Virus record (IMG/VR): IMGVR_UViG_3300028173_000001
Direction: 5' to 3' (one strand)
Source: an uncultured virus (IMG/VR IMGVR_UViG_3300028173_000001)
Lineage: Duplodnaviria; Heunggongvirae; Uroviricota; Caudoviricetes
Length of the DNA stretch: 64,000 nucleotides
Shown here: one piece after another, positions 45,959-55,674 of the stretch
How positions within the stretch are numbered: the first letter of the stretch is position 1
How the letters are laid out: each line of letters begins with the position of its first letter
The notes under the pieces: model-generated
What the model was told of the DNA's origin: nothing
What the model saw: only the letters and a program-made list of their open reading frames with translations
The model's database searches: none
Translations under genes and position numbers: made by a program

Positions 45959-46733
45959 ATTATCGGTAATTTTGCCGAGTATCAGACCAGAACGCCTTCC
46001 AGGCTTTTACAAATCGCTATGTGAGTCGACATCGCTTCAGTTTGAGCTAATTGTGGTCGGTCCTAATCCACTTCCGGAAGAATTGCTGCAATATCGAAAC
46101 ATAAAGTACGTACGAGATTTTGGACACCCAACTCGGGCCCAAAATATTGCACTTCTCGTCGCTGAAGGCGAGATTGTGACATGGCAGGCTGATGATGCAA
46201 TCATGCTGCCTGGTTCTGTCGATGCAAACATGAAAATCCTTCGAGAAATGGGCGGAAATCCACTAAATGTGGTAATTGCAAAATACCAGGAAGGTCAAGT
46301 TGGAAGTGTGGACAGGGATCGGCAACATGACGACTCATATTTCAAGATTGCAGCCGGTCCTGCGGCATCACCGTACCTCCCACCAGATTGGTGGCTCTTC
46401 AACGTCGCGTTTATGCACCGTTCGTTCTTGGAAGCCCTCGGAGGGTTCAACTCTGAATTCGAAGGGACCTGGTCATCACAAACTGACCTTGCAATCCGTG
46501 CCCAGGCCGCCGGCGCCATCGTAAAGATGTCAGGAATCGCATGCATGATTTGCGACCACATGCCAGGAACAACAGGCGACCACGAACCGATTCATAATTG
46601 TCAAACATTCCACGATGAGCCACTTCTCCACGCGAAATACAGAAATAATGAGTGGCCGAAGAATGAATCGATTGCCGCCGAGATAATGAATTGGAAAAAT
46701 GTCGAAACTGTATGGACTCGGAGGTTCAAGTGA
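45936..46733 (+). CDS. GT2-like glycosyltransferase (paralog B)
   Basis: DFGHPTR, QADD, LGGFN, WTRRF. Confidence 0.7.
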   Translation: MSEHKKPELSVILPSIRPERLPGFYKSLCESTSLQFELIVVGPNPLPEELLQYRNIKYVRDFGHPTRAQNIALLVAEGEIVTWQADDAIMLPGSVDANMKILREMGGNPLNVVIAKYQEGQVGSVDRDRQHDDSYFKIAAGPAASPYLPPDWWLFNVAFMHRSFLEALGGFNSEFEGTWSSQTDLAIRAQAAGAIVKMSGIACMICDHMPGTTGDHEPIHNCQTFHDEPLLHAKYRNNEWPKNESIAAEIMNWKNVETVWTRRFK

Positions 46734-47515
46734 AGCCAGTTTTGTCGCTTTTGGTCTCAGGTATCAGAAATGATAACTGGGGCAACGTTTATAAACAAAT
46801 GTTGCTATCATGCGATCGTCACCCATTTGAAATTGTGTTTGTTTCGCCATATCCGATGCCTGCCGATTTACGTGGGCTGTCAAATGTTCAATATTCGCAG
46901 GATTTTGGTTGCCCTTCACGATGTCTTCAAAAAGCAAGCACGCTTGCACAAGGAAAGTACATCGCCGCTGCCTCAGACGATGTAATCATCAACGAGAAGG
47001 AATTTAGCAATTGCATTGACCTTCTTGAACAAAATGACAGCGAAAAAGACATCATTGCATTGAAATATACCGAAGGGCAGAATTTCAATGCCAATTTGGC
47101 CGATTTCAAGCCAAGTTATTGGAATGCACACCACCATGACAGTCTCCGGATACCCGGAGTTCATCCAGATTGGAAGATTTGCCTAATGTTTATGATGAGT
47201 GTGGAAAGGTTCAGAGGTTTGGGCGGTTTGGACTGCAGGTTCGAACATTTCAACTTGAATTTGCACGATTTTGCCTTTCGGGCCCAAAGAAGTGGTTCAA
47301 AAGTGATAACGTCAGACAATTTTGTAACAAAGCACGATTGGGAACCCGGCAGAGACCAAAATAATAGCCCAATCATTGCGGCATACTATCAGAACGATTT
47401 ACCGCTGTTCAATAGCATTTATGGGCACGCGTTTACGTCACATCATCGTCCAGTTTGCATACGGTACGACAATTGGATACGCCAACCAGAAAAATGGGCC
47501 AGGAGATTTGGATAA
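46730..47515 (+). CDS. GT2-like glycosyltransferase (paralog C)
   Basis: DFGCPSR, ASDD, LGGLD, WARRF. Confidence 0.7.
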   Translation: MKPVLSLLVSGIRNDNWGNVYKQMLLSCDRHPFEIVFVSPYPMPADLRGLSNVQYSQDFGCPSRCLQKASTLAQGKYIAAASDDVIINEKEFSNCIDLLEQNDSEKDIIALKYTEGQNFNANLADFKPSYWNAHHHDSLRIPGVHPDWKICLMFMMSVERFRGLGGLDCRFEHFNLNLHDFAFRAQRSGSKVITSDNFVTKHDWEPGRDQNNSPIIAAYYQNDLPLFNSIYGHAFTSHHRPVCIRYDNWIRQPEKWARRFG

Positions 47516-48090
47516 TGAGTATTTTGAAGAAAAATGGCTGCAAAATCAACGTCGGTTGCGGCGACCGGAAAATGTGGGGCTACACGAACGTGGATATTCG
47601 TCCAGACGTTCAACCCGATGTTGTTTGTGACATTTCAAAGTTATCGACCAAGTTTTCTGATGCGAAAGTGATTTATGCTGCCCATGTTTTGGAACATTTC
47701 CCGTTGAAGGCATCAAAATTTGCCCCGACAACATACAAGGACATTCTTGCCGACTGGTTTGAAGCTTTGGGTAAAGGTGGAACATTGCGTTTGGCCGTTC
47801 CAAACATGCGTGCTGCGTGTGATCGATACTTGGCAACCGGCAACCTCGCGGAGGTCCAGGCTTTCTTTTTTGGCGGCCAAAAATACGATTTTGACTTTCA
47901 TTTTCACGGGTGGGACTTCGATACATTGAAATATGATCTTGAACAGGCCGGATTTAGTGATGTGAAAGGATACGATTGGCGAAAGACTGACCATTTTTAT
48001 GTGGACGATTACAGTCAGGCATATTTGCCCCACATGGATAAATCGACCGGGCTGCTTATGTCGTTGAATGTTGAGGCAAAGAAATTATGA
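47515..48090 (+). CDS. class I SAM-dependent methyltransferase
   Basis: NVGCG, HVLEH, LGKGGTLRLAVP. Confidence 0.85.
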   Translation: MSILKKNGCKINVGCGDRKMWGYTNVDIRPDVQPDVVCDISKLSTKFSDAKVIYAAHVLEHFPLKASKFAPTTYKDILADWFEALGKGGTLRLAVPNMRAACDRYLATGNLAEVQAFFFGGQKYDFDFHFHGWDFDTLKYDLEQAGFSDVKGYDWRKTDHFYVDDYSQAYLPHMDKSTGLLMSLNVEAKKL

Positions 48091-49010
48091 AAAAATTGGT
48101 ATTGGTCACAGGCGGTAATGGGTTGGTCGGCAATGCTATCAGAAGGTTAGCTGGCTATCATTCTCAATTTGATGTAATCTTCGCGGCCCGGGAAAATTGG
48201 GATCTGACAGAGCAAGATGGTGTCAAAGACATGTTTGATTGTTATAAGCCAAATTATGTCATCCATACTGCTGCCCGTGTCGGAGGGATTGCGAAAAACC
48301 TTGAAACGCCAGCGCAGCAATTTTTTGACAATGTCATGATGAACACGATGATCATTGATGAGGCCTACAAGCATGGCGTCGAAAAGTTGATTGCGTTTTC
48401 ATCTGTATGTGCCTTTCCTGATGTGGAAACGATGACAGAATCGGTCCTACACGATGGTCCTCCTTTCCCGGCACATGGAGCTTACGCTCATGCCAAGAGA
48501 ATGGTTGATGTCCAAATTGAGGCCTACAGGAAGCAATACGGCGTAAACTACTGCTCGATCATCCCAGGAAACATCTTCGGCCCGAATGACAACTTTGACT
48601 TTGCCCATGGGCATGTCGTGCCATCCTTGATTCATAAGGCATACTTGGCAAGAGAAAATGGAACCAGTTTGCAAGCATGGGGCGATGGCTCTCCTCGTCG
48701 TGAATTTATCTACGTTGATGATTTGGCGGAAGCATGCTTCGAATTGCTAGCGTCGGTGGATGATTTGCCGCAGAAACTGATTGTGTCAGGCGATGAACTG
48801 GAAATCAGGAAGCTGGTTGAGACGGTGGCAGAATATTTCAATGTTAGTGTTGATTGGGATACGTCAAAGCCGAACGGGCAACTCCGTCGCCAAACGGTAA
48901 GTGAATACTTTGATGATTTGTTCCCAACATTTGTACGGACACCAATCGTTTGGGCAATTGTTAACACTTCAAAATGGTTTGAAGAAAACTTTGAGCATGC
49001 GAGGAAGTAA
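48087..49010 (+). CDS. fcl: GDP-L-fucose/colitose synthase
   Basis: TGGNGLVG, AARVGGI, YAHAKR, HVVPSLI, WGDGSPRREFIYVDDLA. Confidence 0.9.
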   Translation: MKKLVLVTGGNGLVGNAIRRLAGYHSQFDVIFAARENWDLTEQDGVKDMFDCYKPNYVIHTAARVGGIAKNLETPAQQFFDNVMMNTMIIDEAYKHGVEKLIAFSSVCAFPDVETMTESVLHDGPPFPAHGAYAHAKRMVDVQIEAYRKQYGVNYCSIIPGNIFGPNDNFDFAHGHVVPSLIHKAYLARENGTSLQAWGDGSPRREFIYVDDLAEACFELLASVDDLPQKLIVSGDELEIRKLVETVAEYFNVSVDWDTSKPNGQLRRQTVSEYFDDLFPTFVRTPIVWAIVNTSKWFEENFEHARK

Positions 49011-50008
49011 TGAAACGCGCACTCGTGACGGGGATCAACGGGCAAGATGGAAGTTATCTTGCCGAATATCTCCTCGAATTGGGGTACAATGTTCATGGTA
49101 CACTCAAACGAAACTCAATCGCAGAAAACCAATCTGCTCGTCTGAACGACGGAACTTACGCAAAAATCAAAGAAAACCTGCAGTTTGCCGATGTGACAGA
49201 CATGGCATCGTTGGTTCGTGTTGTGATGGATGTGAAACCTCATGAGATTTACAATCTGGCGGCTCAAAGTCATGTGAAGGTAAGTTTCGACCAGCCGTTG
49301 TATACAATCCAGGCAACTGGTTTGGGCGTGATGAATTTGCTGGAAGCGACGCGACTCTGTTATCCCTCGGCCAAGATTTATCAGGCAAGCAGCTCTGAAA
49401 TGTTTGGCAACAACATTGATCCGGATGGATTCCAAAGAGAGACAACACCAATGTCTCCTGTCAGCCCGTACGGTTGTGCAAAACAAATGGCCTACTCATT
49501 GATGAGGTGCTATAGGGAATCGTACAACATGTTTCTGTCGAACGGTATTCTGTTCAATCATGAGTCACCCCGCCGAGGTGCCAATTTCGTGACGAATAAG
49601 GTCGTCATCGGTGCAGTTCGAATCAAAAAAGGTTTGATGAAAGAGCTCCGTTTAGGAAACCTAGATGCAACACGGGACTGGGGTCATGCCAAAGATTATG
49701 TTAGGGCGATGCATGCGATTTTGCAGTTGGATGAGTGTGACGATTTTGTCATGGCCACCGGTCGTTCAAATTCAGTTAGGCATCTTTGCGAATATGTTTT
49801 CAATTACCTAGATTTGAATTATAATGACCATGTGGTTGTTGACCCACGGTTCGTGAGACCACTTGAGTTGCACAACCTAAAAGGTGATGCCTCAAAGCTT
49901 CTAGGAAAAATAGGCCCAACAACAAAAACGAACTTTCAATTTGAGTACACATTCGAATCTATGTTGGACGAAATGATTGAATATTGGATGGAGAAAATTG
50001 ATGAATAA
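49010..50008 (+). CDS. gmd: GDP-mannose 4,6-dehydratase
   Basis: TGINGQDGSYLAE, AAQSHVKVSF, FNHESPRRG, RDWGHAKDYV. Confidence 0.95.
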   Translation: MKRALVTGINGQDGSYLAEYLLELGYNVHGTLKRNSIAENQSARLNDGTYAKIKENLQFADVTDMASLVRVVMDVKPHEIYNLAAQSHVKVSFDQPLYTIQATGLGVMNLLEATRLCYPSAKIYQASSSEMFGNNIDPDGFQRETTPMSPVSPYGCAKQMAYSLMRCYRESYNMFLSNGILFNHESPRRGANFVTNKVVIGAVRIKKGLMKELRLGNLDATRDWGHAKDYVRAMHAILQLDECDDFVMATGRSNSVRHLCEYVFNYLDLNYNDHVVVDPRFVRPLELHNLKGDASKLLGKIGPTTKTNFQFEYTFESMLDEMIEYWMEKIDE

Positions 50009-51167
50009 AATTGAGTACCCACTGGCAAAAGATACGATTAGCGATCACGATATCGATAATCTTATCAATTGGCTGAAAACATATCCTCGCCTGACAAAGG
50101 GCGAACTAACGGTAAAGTTTGAGAAAGCATGGGCGAAATACATCGGTACGAAGTACTCTGTGTTTTGCAACTCCGGCTCTTCTGCAAACCTGCTGATGGC
50201 GTACGCCGCAAAGGTTGCAAAGCCAAGAAACATGAAGGTCGTCGTCCCATCGGTGGGATGGGTCACAACAATCGCACCATTCATGCAATTTGGTTTCGAC
50301 CCGATCATGGTTGGCGCCGATGCAAAAACGTATGGAATCGATCTCGACGACCTCGAAAAAGTGTGTATCGAAGAGGATCCGGCAACGGTAATTTTTGTGC
50401 AGGTTCTCGGTATCCCGCATGACGCTGAAAGATTGCATGCCCTCTCAAAGAAATACAACTTCACTTTGCTTGAGGACGGCTGCGCAGCTCTCGGTGCTGA
50501 ATATGCAAACGGCAAGAAGGTGGGAACGGTTGGCAAAATGTCGAGCTTCTCATTCTACTTTGGGCATCAGTTGGCGACAATTGAAGGTGGTATGGTGAAC
50601 ACCGACGATTTCGAAACATACCAAATGTTGCTCATGCTCCGAAGTCACGGCTGGGGAAAGGATCTTGATGAGTCAGTGTACGACGGGTTGGTTGAAGAAA
50701 ATGGAGTTGATGACTTCCACAAACCGTTCACATTCTTCGTTCCAGGATTCAACTTGAGGGCGACAGACTTACAGGCATTCATTGGAATCGACCAGGTCAA
50801 GAAAGCACCTTGGGTATCAGAGGCCAGAGAGAGAAATCACAAGCGCTACGCGGAAAACCTACGAGGAACTTTCAAGTTTCAAGATTGGGGAACCAACAAG
50901 CCGGTCTCAATCTCGTTTGGTCTCCTGGCAAAAGACAAGGCACAACGAACGAAAATTGTGAAGATGCTACGGGTTGCCGGCGTCGAAACAAGAATCTTCA
51001 GCGCAGGAAACTTAGGAAAGCACCCATTCTGGAAGGCGGAATACGGTGAGTTTAGTCATCCCGTTTCAGATGAGATTCATGATTGTGGGTTCTTTTTACC
51101 CAACAATCCAGAGTTAGGTACGGAAGACATCGATAGAATCTGCGACCTTGTCAAGTGTGTGCTATGA
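50001..51167 (+). CDS. colD: PLP-dependent ColD-like GDP-4-keto-6-deoxymannose 3-dehydratase (DegT family)
   Basis: NSGSSANLL; SFYFGHQLATIEGG has His at the usual Lys position; LRSHGW. Confidence 0.75.
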   Translation: MNKIEYPLAKDTISDHDIDNLINWLKTYPRLTKGELTVKFEKAWAKYIGTKYSVFCNSGSSANLLMAYAAKVAKPRNMKVVVPSVGWVTTIAPFMQFGFDPIMVGADAKTYGIDLDDLEKVCIEEDPATVIFVQVLGIPHDAERLHALSKKYNFTLLEDGCAALGAEYANGKKVGTVGKMSSFSFYFGHQLATIEGGMVNTDDFETYQMLLMLRSHGWGKDLDESVYDGLVEENGVDDFHKPFTFFVPGFNLRATDLQAFIGIDQVKKAPWVSEARERNHKRYAENLRGTFKFQDWGTNKPVSISFGLLAKDKAQRTKIVKMLRVAGVETRIFSAGNLGKHPFWKAEYGEFSHPVSDEIHDCGFFLPNNPELGTEDIDRICDLVKCVL

Positions 51168-51895
51168 AATTTTTAGTAATTGGTGAATCATGTTTGGACG
51201 TCTTCGTATACGGCAACGTAGTGCGACTCGCCCCGGAGTCGCCAGTTCCTGTTTTCAATAGCATCAAAAGTGTTGAGAACCTTGGGATGGCTTCAAATGT
51301 TGCCGCCAACATGAGAGTTTTGGGTTGCGATACGGAGCTATACACAAATGATAATGCCGAGTGTATCAAGAAGATTCGTTACGTAGAAACGAAATCGAAT
51401 CATATGTTCCTCAGGGTCGACGAGAACGATGAAAAGTATGGTAACGCCCTGCTTCGAGGTATTGATTTCTCGAAATATGATTGCGTCGTGATATCTGATT
51501 ATGACAAAGGCTGGTTGTCGACGAATCAAATCAACTTCATCGGGCGCAAATCGAAAATCTCAATCCTCGATACAAAAAAGATTCTTGGTGAATGGGCATA
51601 TTCAATCTCATTCATCAAAATCAATGAGACGGAGTATGCACGTACAAAATCAGTTCTTGGTGAAGACATCATTGAAAATCTAATCGTGACATTGGGCCCT
51701 CGTGGTGCAATGTATCGAGGAACTGTGTATCCAACGCCAACGGTGAATCGAGTTGATTCTGCTGGTGCTGGTGACTCATTCGTTTCTGCATTCGCAAAGA
51801 CATTTACTGAAACAGGTGATGTTCAGGCTGCTATTGAAAAGGGAAATGAAATTGCATCAATCGTTGTCCAGAAAAAAGGGGTATCAACGATATGA
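51164..51895 (+). CDS. PfkB-family heptose kinase-like (HldA/RfaE domain I)
   Basis: RLAPESPVPV, ISDYDKG, DSAGAGD. Confidence 0.85.
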   Translation: MKFLVIGESCLDVFVYGNVVRLAPESPVPVFNSIKSVENLGMASNVAANMRVLGCDTELYTNDNAECIKKIRYVETKSNHMFLRVDENDEKYGNALLRGIDFSKYDCVVISDYDKGWLSTNQINFIGRKSKISILDTKKILGEWAYSISFIKINETEYARTKSVLGEDIIENLIVTLGPRGAMYRGTVYPTPTVNRVDSAGAGDSFVSAFAKTFTETGDVQAAIEKGNEIASIVVQKKGVSTI

Positions 51896-52290
51896 GCCCA
51901 ACCGTCATTTGGACAAATGGATGCTTCGATATTTTGCACGTGGGACATCTTGCAATGTTGGAATACGCAAAAAGCAAAGGCCAATTTCTTGTCGTTGGTG
52001 TCGATACCGATGAGAGGGTCTCTGAAAACAAGGGACCCCTCCGACCCCACAATGATCTTGTGAACAGGATGAGAATGCTTCGTGCATTGGAATGTGTTGA
52101 TGTCGTTGTGTGTTACGGCTCGGATGAAGAAATGTGCCAAGAAATCGAAAACTGGAAAGCCGACAAAATCGTTGTCGGCAGCGAGTATGACGGAAGGCGG
52201 GTTGTTGGCTCACATTTGGCTGAGGTCGACTATTTTCCTAGGATAGGAACGCATTCATCAACGGAGGCAATAAATGCGCTACGTATTTGA
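51892..52290 (+). CDS. HldC/RfaE domain II-like nucleotidyltransferase
   Basis: NGCFDILHVGH, KGPLRP, SST. Confidence 0.85.
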   Translation: MSPTVIWTNGCFDILHVGHLAMLEYAKSKGQFLVVGVDTDERVSENKGPLRPHNDLVNRMRMLRALECVDVVVCYGSDEEMCQEIENWKADKIVVGSEYDGRRVVGSHLAEVDYFPRIGTHSSTEAINALRI

Positions 52291-52594
52291 TCTGGACGGA
52301 ACACTGTGCACGACAACTGACGGTGATTACAATGTAGCGCGTCCACACAGGGACCGAATTGCACGAGTCAATAAGCTGTTTGAATCCGGCCATAGCATTA
52401 CTATCTATACGGCCCGAGGTATGGGCCGCAACAAAGATAACCAAGTAGCTGCAATAACGCAGTTTTATGATTTGACACTGGCTCAACTGTACGACTGGGG
52501 AGTCAAATTTCATGATCTCCGACTAGGAAAACCGAGTGGTGACATATACATTGACGATAAAGGAATGAAAGATGCCGAATTCTTTGCCGATTAA
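52274..52594 (+). CDS. small HAD phosphatase (capsule-biosynthesis type)
   Basis: FDLDGTLC, YTARG, GKP, YIDDK. Confidence 0.85.
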   Translation: MRYVFDLDGTLCTTTDGDYNVARPHRDRIARVNKLFESGHSITIYTARGMGRNKDNQVAAITQFYDLTLAQLYDWGVKFHDLRLGKPSGDIYIDDKGMKDAEFFAD

Positions 52595-52937
52595 ATTTGT
52601 CCCAAAAGGCTGGGGCTTTGAAAAATGGATTGTGAACTGCGAAGAGTATTGCGGCAAGCTCCTGTTTTTTGTGAAAGGGAAACGATGTTCCTGGCATTAT
52701 CACAAGCTCAAGGATGAAGTTTTCTTTGTACAATCCGGGAGAATCAAGGTACTTTATTCTGCGCCGGAATGGGACGAGGTTGAAGATGCCTGCGAGGTCA
52801 TCCTGGAAAAGGGCGATAACTTCCACGTGACGAGAGGGATGCGACACCAAATGATTGCCCTCGAGGACACTGAGTTGTACGAATTTTCAACACAGCACTT
52901 CGATTCTGACAGTTACAGGATTCAAAAAGGCGACTAA
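52572..52937 (+). CDS. cupin (sugar isomerase-like)
   Basis: KGWGFEKW, CSWHYHKLKDE, EFSTQHFDSDSYR. Confidence 0.85.
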   Translation: MPNSLPIKFVPKGWGFEKWIVNCEEYCGKLLFFVKGKRCSWHYHKLKDEVFFVQSGRIKVLYSAPEWDEVEDACEVILEKGDNFHVTRGMRHQMIALEDTELYEFSTQHFDSDSYRIQKGD

Positions 52938-52965
52938 TGTAAAGTTGTCAACATATTCATACAAT
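52937..52965 (+). promoter_or_regulatory. degenerate early-type promoter
   Basis: ATGTAA 52937-52942, 17 bp, TACAAT 52960-52965; +1 predicted at the ATG 52972. Confidence 0.45.
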
Positions 52966-52971
52966 TGAAAT

Positions 52972-53853
52972 ATGAAAAAGAAAGTAACAATCGATCCCTC
53001 ACTTCCGTTGCTAAGAAACGGAAAACCACACGTCTCATATTCTGAAGTTAGTACTTGGGCAGGTTGTGGATGGCGCCATGACCTTTTGTATATTCCAGCA
53101 TCAGATGAGGAAATCATAAGCCCATATTTGGATTATGGTACAATCGTCCACGATGGTGGCGAGAGTTTCCTCAATACAAGAACGATAGACATCCCGGCAG
53201 TCCATGAGAAAATCAAGGAAGCCTGGAAGAAACGAGGATTTGATGATGAGGAATGGATCAAGGAACAAACGGCGAGAGCCAGGGCTCAAGGTTGGAAATA
53301 CAAACATGTCGAACTTCCAGGTTGGCTGGAATCGGCAACGAATGCCCTAACACAGCTCCCTGATTTCATGGAAAAGACATTTCCTGGGTGGAAGACTGTC
53401 GAAGCGGAACATATGTTGTATGCTGACGTTTTGAAGACGACCGGTCACTTCAAGGGCTACATCGATTGCGTGATTGAACTTCCCAATGGAAAACATGTCA
53501 TCATCGACTGGAAAACAGCAGGACGATATGGTTGGCAGCGAAGAAAGAAGCAAGACTTCTTGACATTAGCTCAGGTCATTCTTTACAAGCATTTCTGGAT
53601 GCGCCACACAGGAAAGAAATCTCGGGATGTGAAAACAGCATACGTTCTTCTCCACCGTGAAGCAAAGCCAGGTAAATCAGTGTCGATGGTTGAAGTATCA
53701 TCAGGACCGAAGGTCATGGCGAAAGCCGAAAAGATGGTCATCAACATGTTGAAAAACATGGAAGCCGAGTTCACGCTGAAGAACAGATACTCATGCAAGT
53801 TCTGCGAGTTCGCAAACACCGAGCATTGTAAAGGGTATGTTCAGTTGTTCTAG
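52972..53853 (+). CDS. PD-(D/E)xK nuclease, Cas4/AddB-like with Fe-S Cys
   Basis: SYS..C, GTIVH, GYIDC, IIDWKT, Q..LY, CKFCEF..HC. Confidence 0.85.
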   Translation: MKKKVTIDPSLPLLRNGKPHVSYSEVSTWAGCGWRHDLLYIPASDEEIISPYLDYGTIVHDGGESFLNTRTIDIPAVHEKIKEAWKKRGFDDEEWIKEQTARARAQGWKYKHVELPGWLESATNALTQLPDFMEKTFPGWKTVEAEHMLYADVLKTTGHFKGYIDCVIELPNGKHVIIDWKTAGRYGWQRRKKQDFLTLAQVILYKHFWMRHTGKKSRDVKTAYVLLHREAKPGKSVSMVEVSSGPKVMAKAEKMVINMLKNMEAEFTLKNRYSCKFCEFANTEHCKGYVQLF

Positions 53854-54338
53854 GCATTCATATGGGCAATCGAAACGCGACCGACTTTCATGGTTTTACA
53901 CAAATCGCAACCCATGACAAACAAAGTGCATATATCATGATCACTGGTGTTTATGACATAAACCGGCACCCCGCGAAGGAACCCAATCATGGCGAATTTG
54001 CCACGACTAATGATTTTGGGACTCGAGATGTCCGTCCTGAAACTTAGAGAAAATTCAATTATTGTGGCTGCCAGGGGTGATACGACGATCCCGCGGGCCA
54101 TCCCATCACCATGAAGATTCGATGTCATATCACAGAATGCACGAGAAATAGTATCGGTTAGACCTTCGTACCATTCACGGACATTCCCGCTCCACTCCAT
54201 TATCATTGGCGAAAGTATCCCTGTTTTTTCATCGAGAAAATCACCGGGACGTCTTGACCAGTGAAAAATTGTTGTAGGTTCCTCGACCAGGACTTGGTGG
54301 TATATCATGTCTGAGTCAACCTGTAAGTAGTTTCTCAT
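53850..54338 (-). CDS. stand-alone fragment resembling T4-gp23-type major capsid protein
   Basis: WSRRPG.FLD, GNVREWYE.L, GIVVSPLAATIIEF, IGFLRGVPVYV resemble the gp23 mid/C-terminal segment (from recall); AAGGAG RBS. Confidence 0.6.
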   Translation of the reverse strand: MRNYLQVDSDMIYHQVLVEEPTTIFHWSRRPGDFLDEKTGILSPMIMEWSGNVREWYEGLTDTISRAFCDMTSNLHGDGMARGIVVSPLAATIIEFSLSFRTDISSPKIISRGKFAMIGFLRGVPVYVINTSDHDICTLFVMGCDLCKTMKVGRVSIAHMNA

Positions 54339-54426
54339 TTTTCTCCTTTACTATGATATTATTCACGCTCGCCGCGATGTAACACGGTATTTTACTATCA
54401 TCGAATAGCAAGATAGTATTGTATTG

Positions 54427-55674
54427 ATGCAAGTACAAAAAAAGAAAATATTGATGTTGTCAGATCATGCCTTGAGCTCCTCGGGCGTTGGTTGTCAAAG
54501 TAGGTTTTTGATCAACGGCCTTTTGGAAAAAGGGTGCTGGTCGATTCGGCAGTTTGGCGCCGCCCAGAAACACGACAATTATGAAACTGTCGTCGTGAAT
54601 CCTGACTTCATAATCAAGCCCATCGACGGTTTTGGAAATAGAGAACTGATTCTTCAAACCTTGGCTGCCGAAAAACCAGACGTTCTCCTGCTCTTTACGG
54701 ACCCACGATTCTTCATTTATATCTGGGAGATGCACGACGAAATCAACAAGATTTGCCCGATTGCATACTGGCATGTGTGGGATAACCGCCCAACTCCAGA
54801 ATTCAATCGGGTTCTTTATGAAGCGACAGATTTGGTCAATTGCCACAGCCACCTAACATATGAAATGGTAAACGAGATTATTCCGGGGAAGGCGAACTTT
54901 GTTCCTCATGCTCTTCCCGATGAGATTTTCTTTCCTCTACCTGAAAACGAAATCTTGGAACACCGACGACATACACTCGGCGCCGAACGTGAAAATCACT
55001 TCATTGTTTTTTGGGCCAACAGAAACGCAAGGCGGAAAAGACCGGCCGACGTTTTAGAGGCATGGTCGAAGTTCATGAAGAAGCTTGAGAAAGAAGGGAA
55101 ATCAGACGCGACATTGCTAATGCATACTGACCCGCTGGATCAGGAAGGACCGAACCTGCTGGTCATCGCCGAGAAGTTTGGAATCATTGACAGTGTCGTG
55201 TTCTCAACCCAGCGCACAAACTTTGAACAAATGAATGTTCTGCACAACATTACAGATTGCTGCCTGAACATTTCGTACGCCGAAGGTTTCGGTTTGACAA
55301 CCCTCGAATCAATGCAGGTTGGAAATCCAATTATTGCCGTGAAGACAGGCGGTCTGACAAGACAGGTCATCGACCACCGCGATGGCTCAGAAAACGGCAT
55401 CGCCCTTGAAGTCGAAACACAATCGCTGGTAGGCTCTCAGATGGTGCCTTATATATACGAGGACTATGTGGGAACTGAATCTGTGGCCAATGGGCTTCAT
55501 CAGATGTACAGCATGGGTCCCGAAGCCCGAAAGGTGTTGGGTACTAAGGCAAAAGCATACGTGACGTCTGAGTTCAAACTGGAGACAACCATCGACCTTT
55601 GGCATGAATCATTACAAAAGCTATGCGATGATTGGAAATTTGATAACAAGTTTACGATTGAGGAGATTGCATAA
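54427..55674 (+). CDS. GT4 glycosyltransferase
   Basis: LFTDPRF, NRNARRK, AEGFGLTTLES. Confidence 0.9.
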   Translation: MQVQKKKILMLSDHALSSSGVGCQSRFLINGLLEKGCWSIRQFGAAQKHDNYETVVVNPDFIIKPIDGFGNRELILQTLAAEKPDVLLLFTDPRFFIYIWEMHDEINKICPIAYWHVWDNRPTPEFNRVLYEATDLVNCHSHLTYEMVNEIIPGKANFVPHALPDEIFFPLPENEILEHRRHTLGAERENHFIVFWANRNARRKRPADVLEAWSKFMKKLEKEGKSDATLLMHTDPLDQEGPNLLVIAEKFGIIDSVVFSTQRTNFEQMNVLHNITDCCLNISYAEGFGLTTLESMQVGNPIIAVKTGGLTRQVIDHRDGSENGIALEVETQSLVGSQMVPYIYEDYVGTESVANGLHQMYSMGPEARKVLGTKAKAYVTSEFKLETTIDLWHESLQKLCDDWKFDNKFTIEEIA

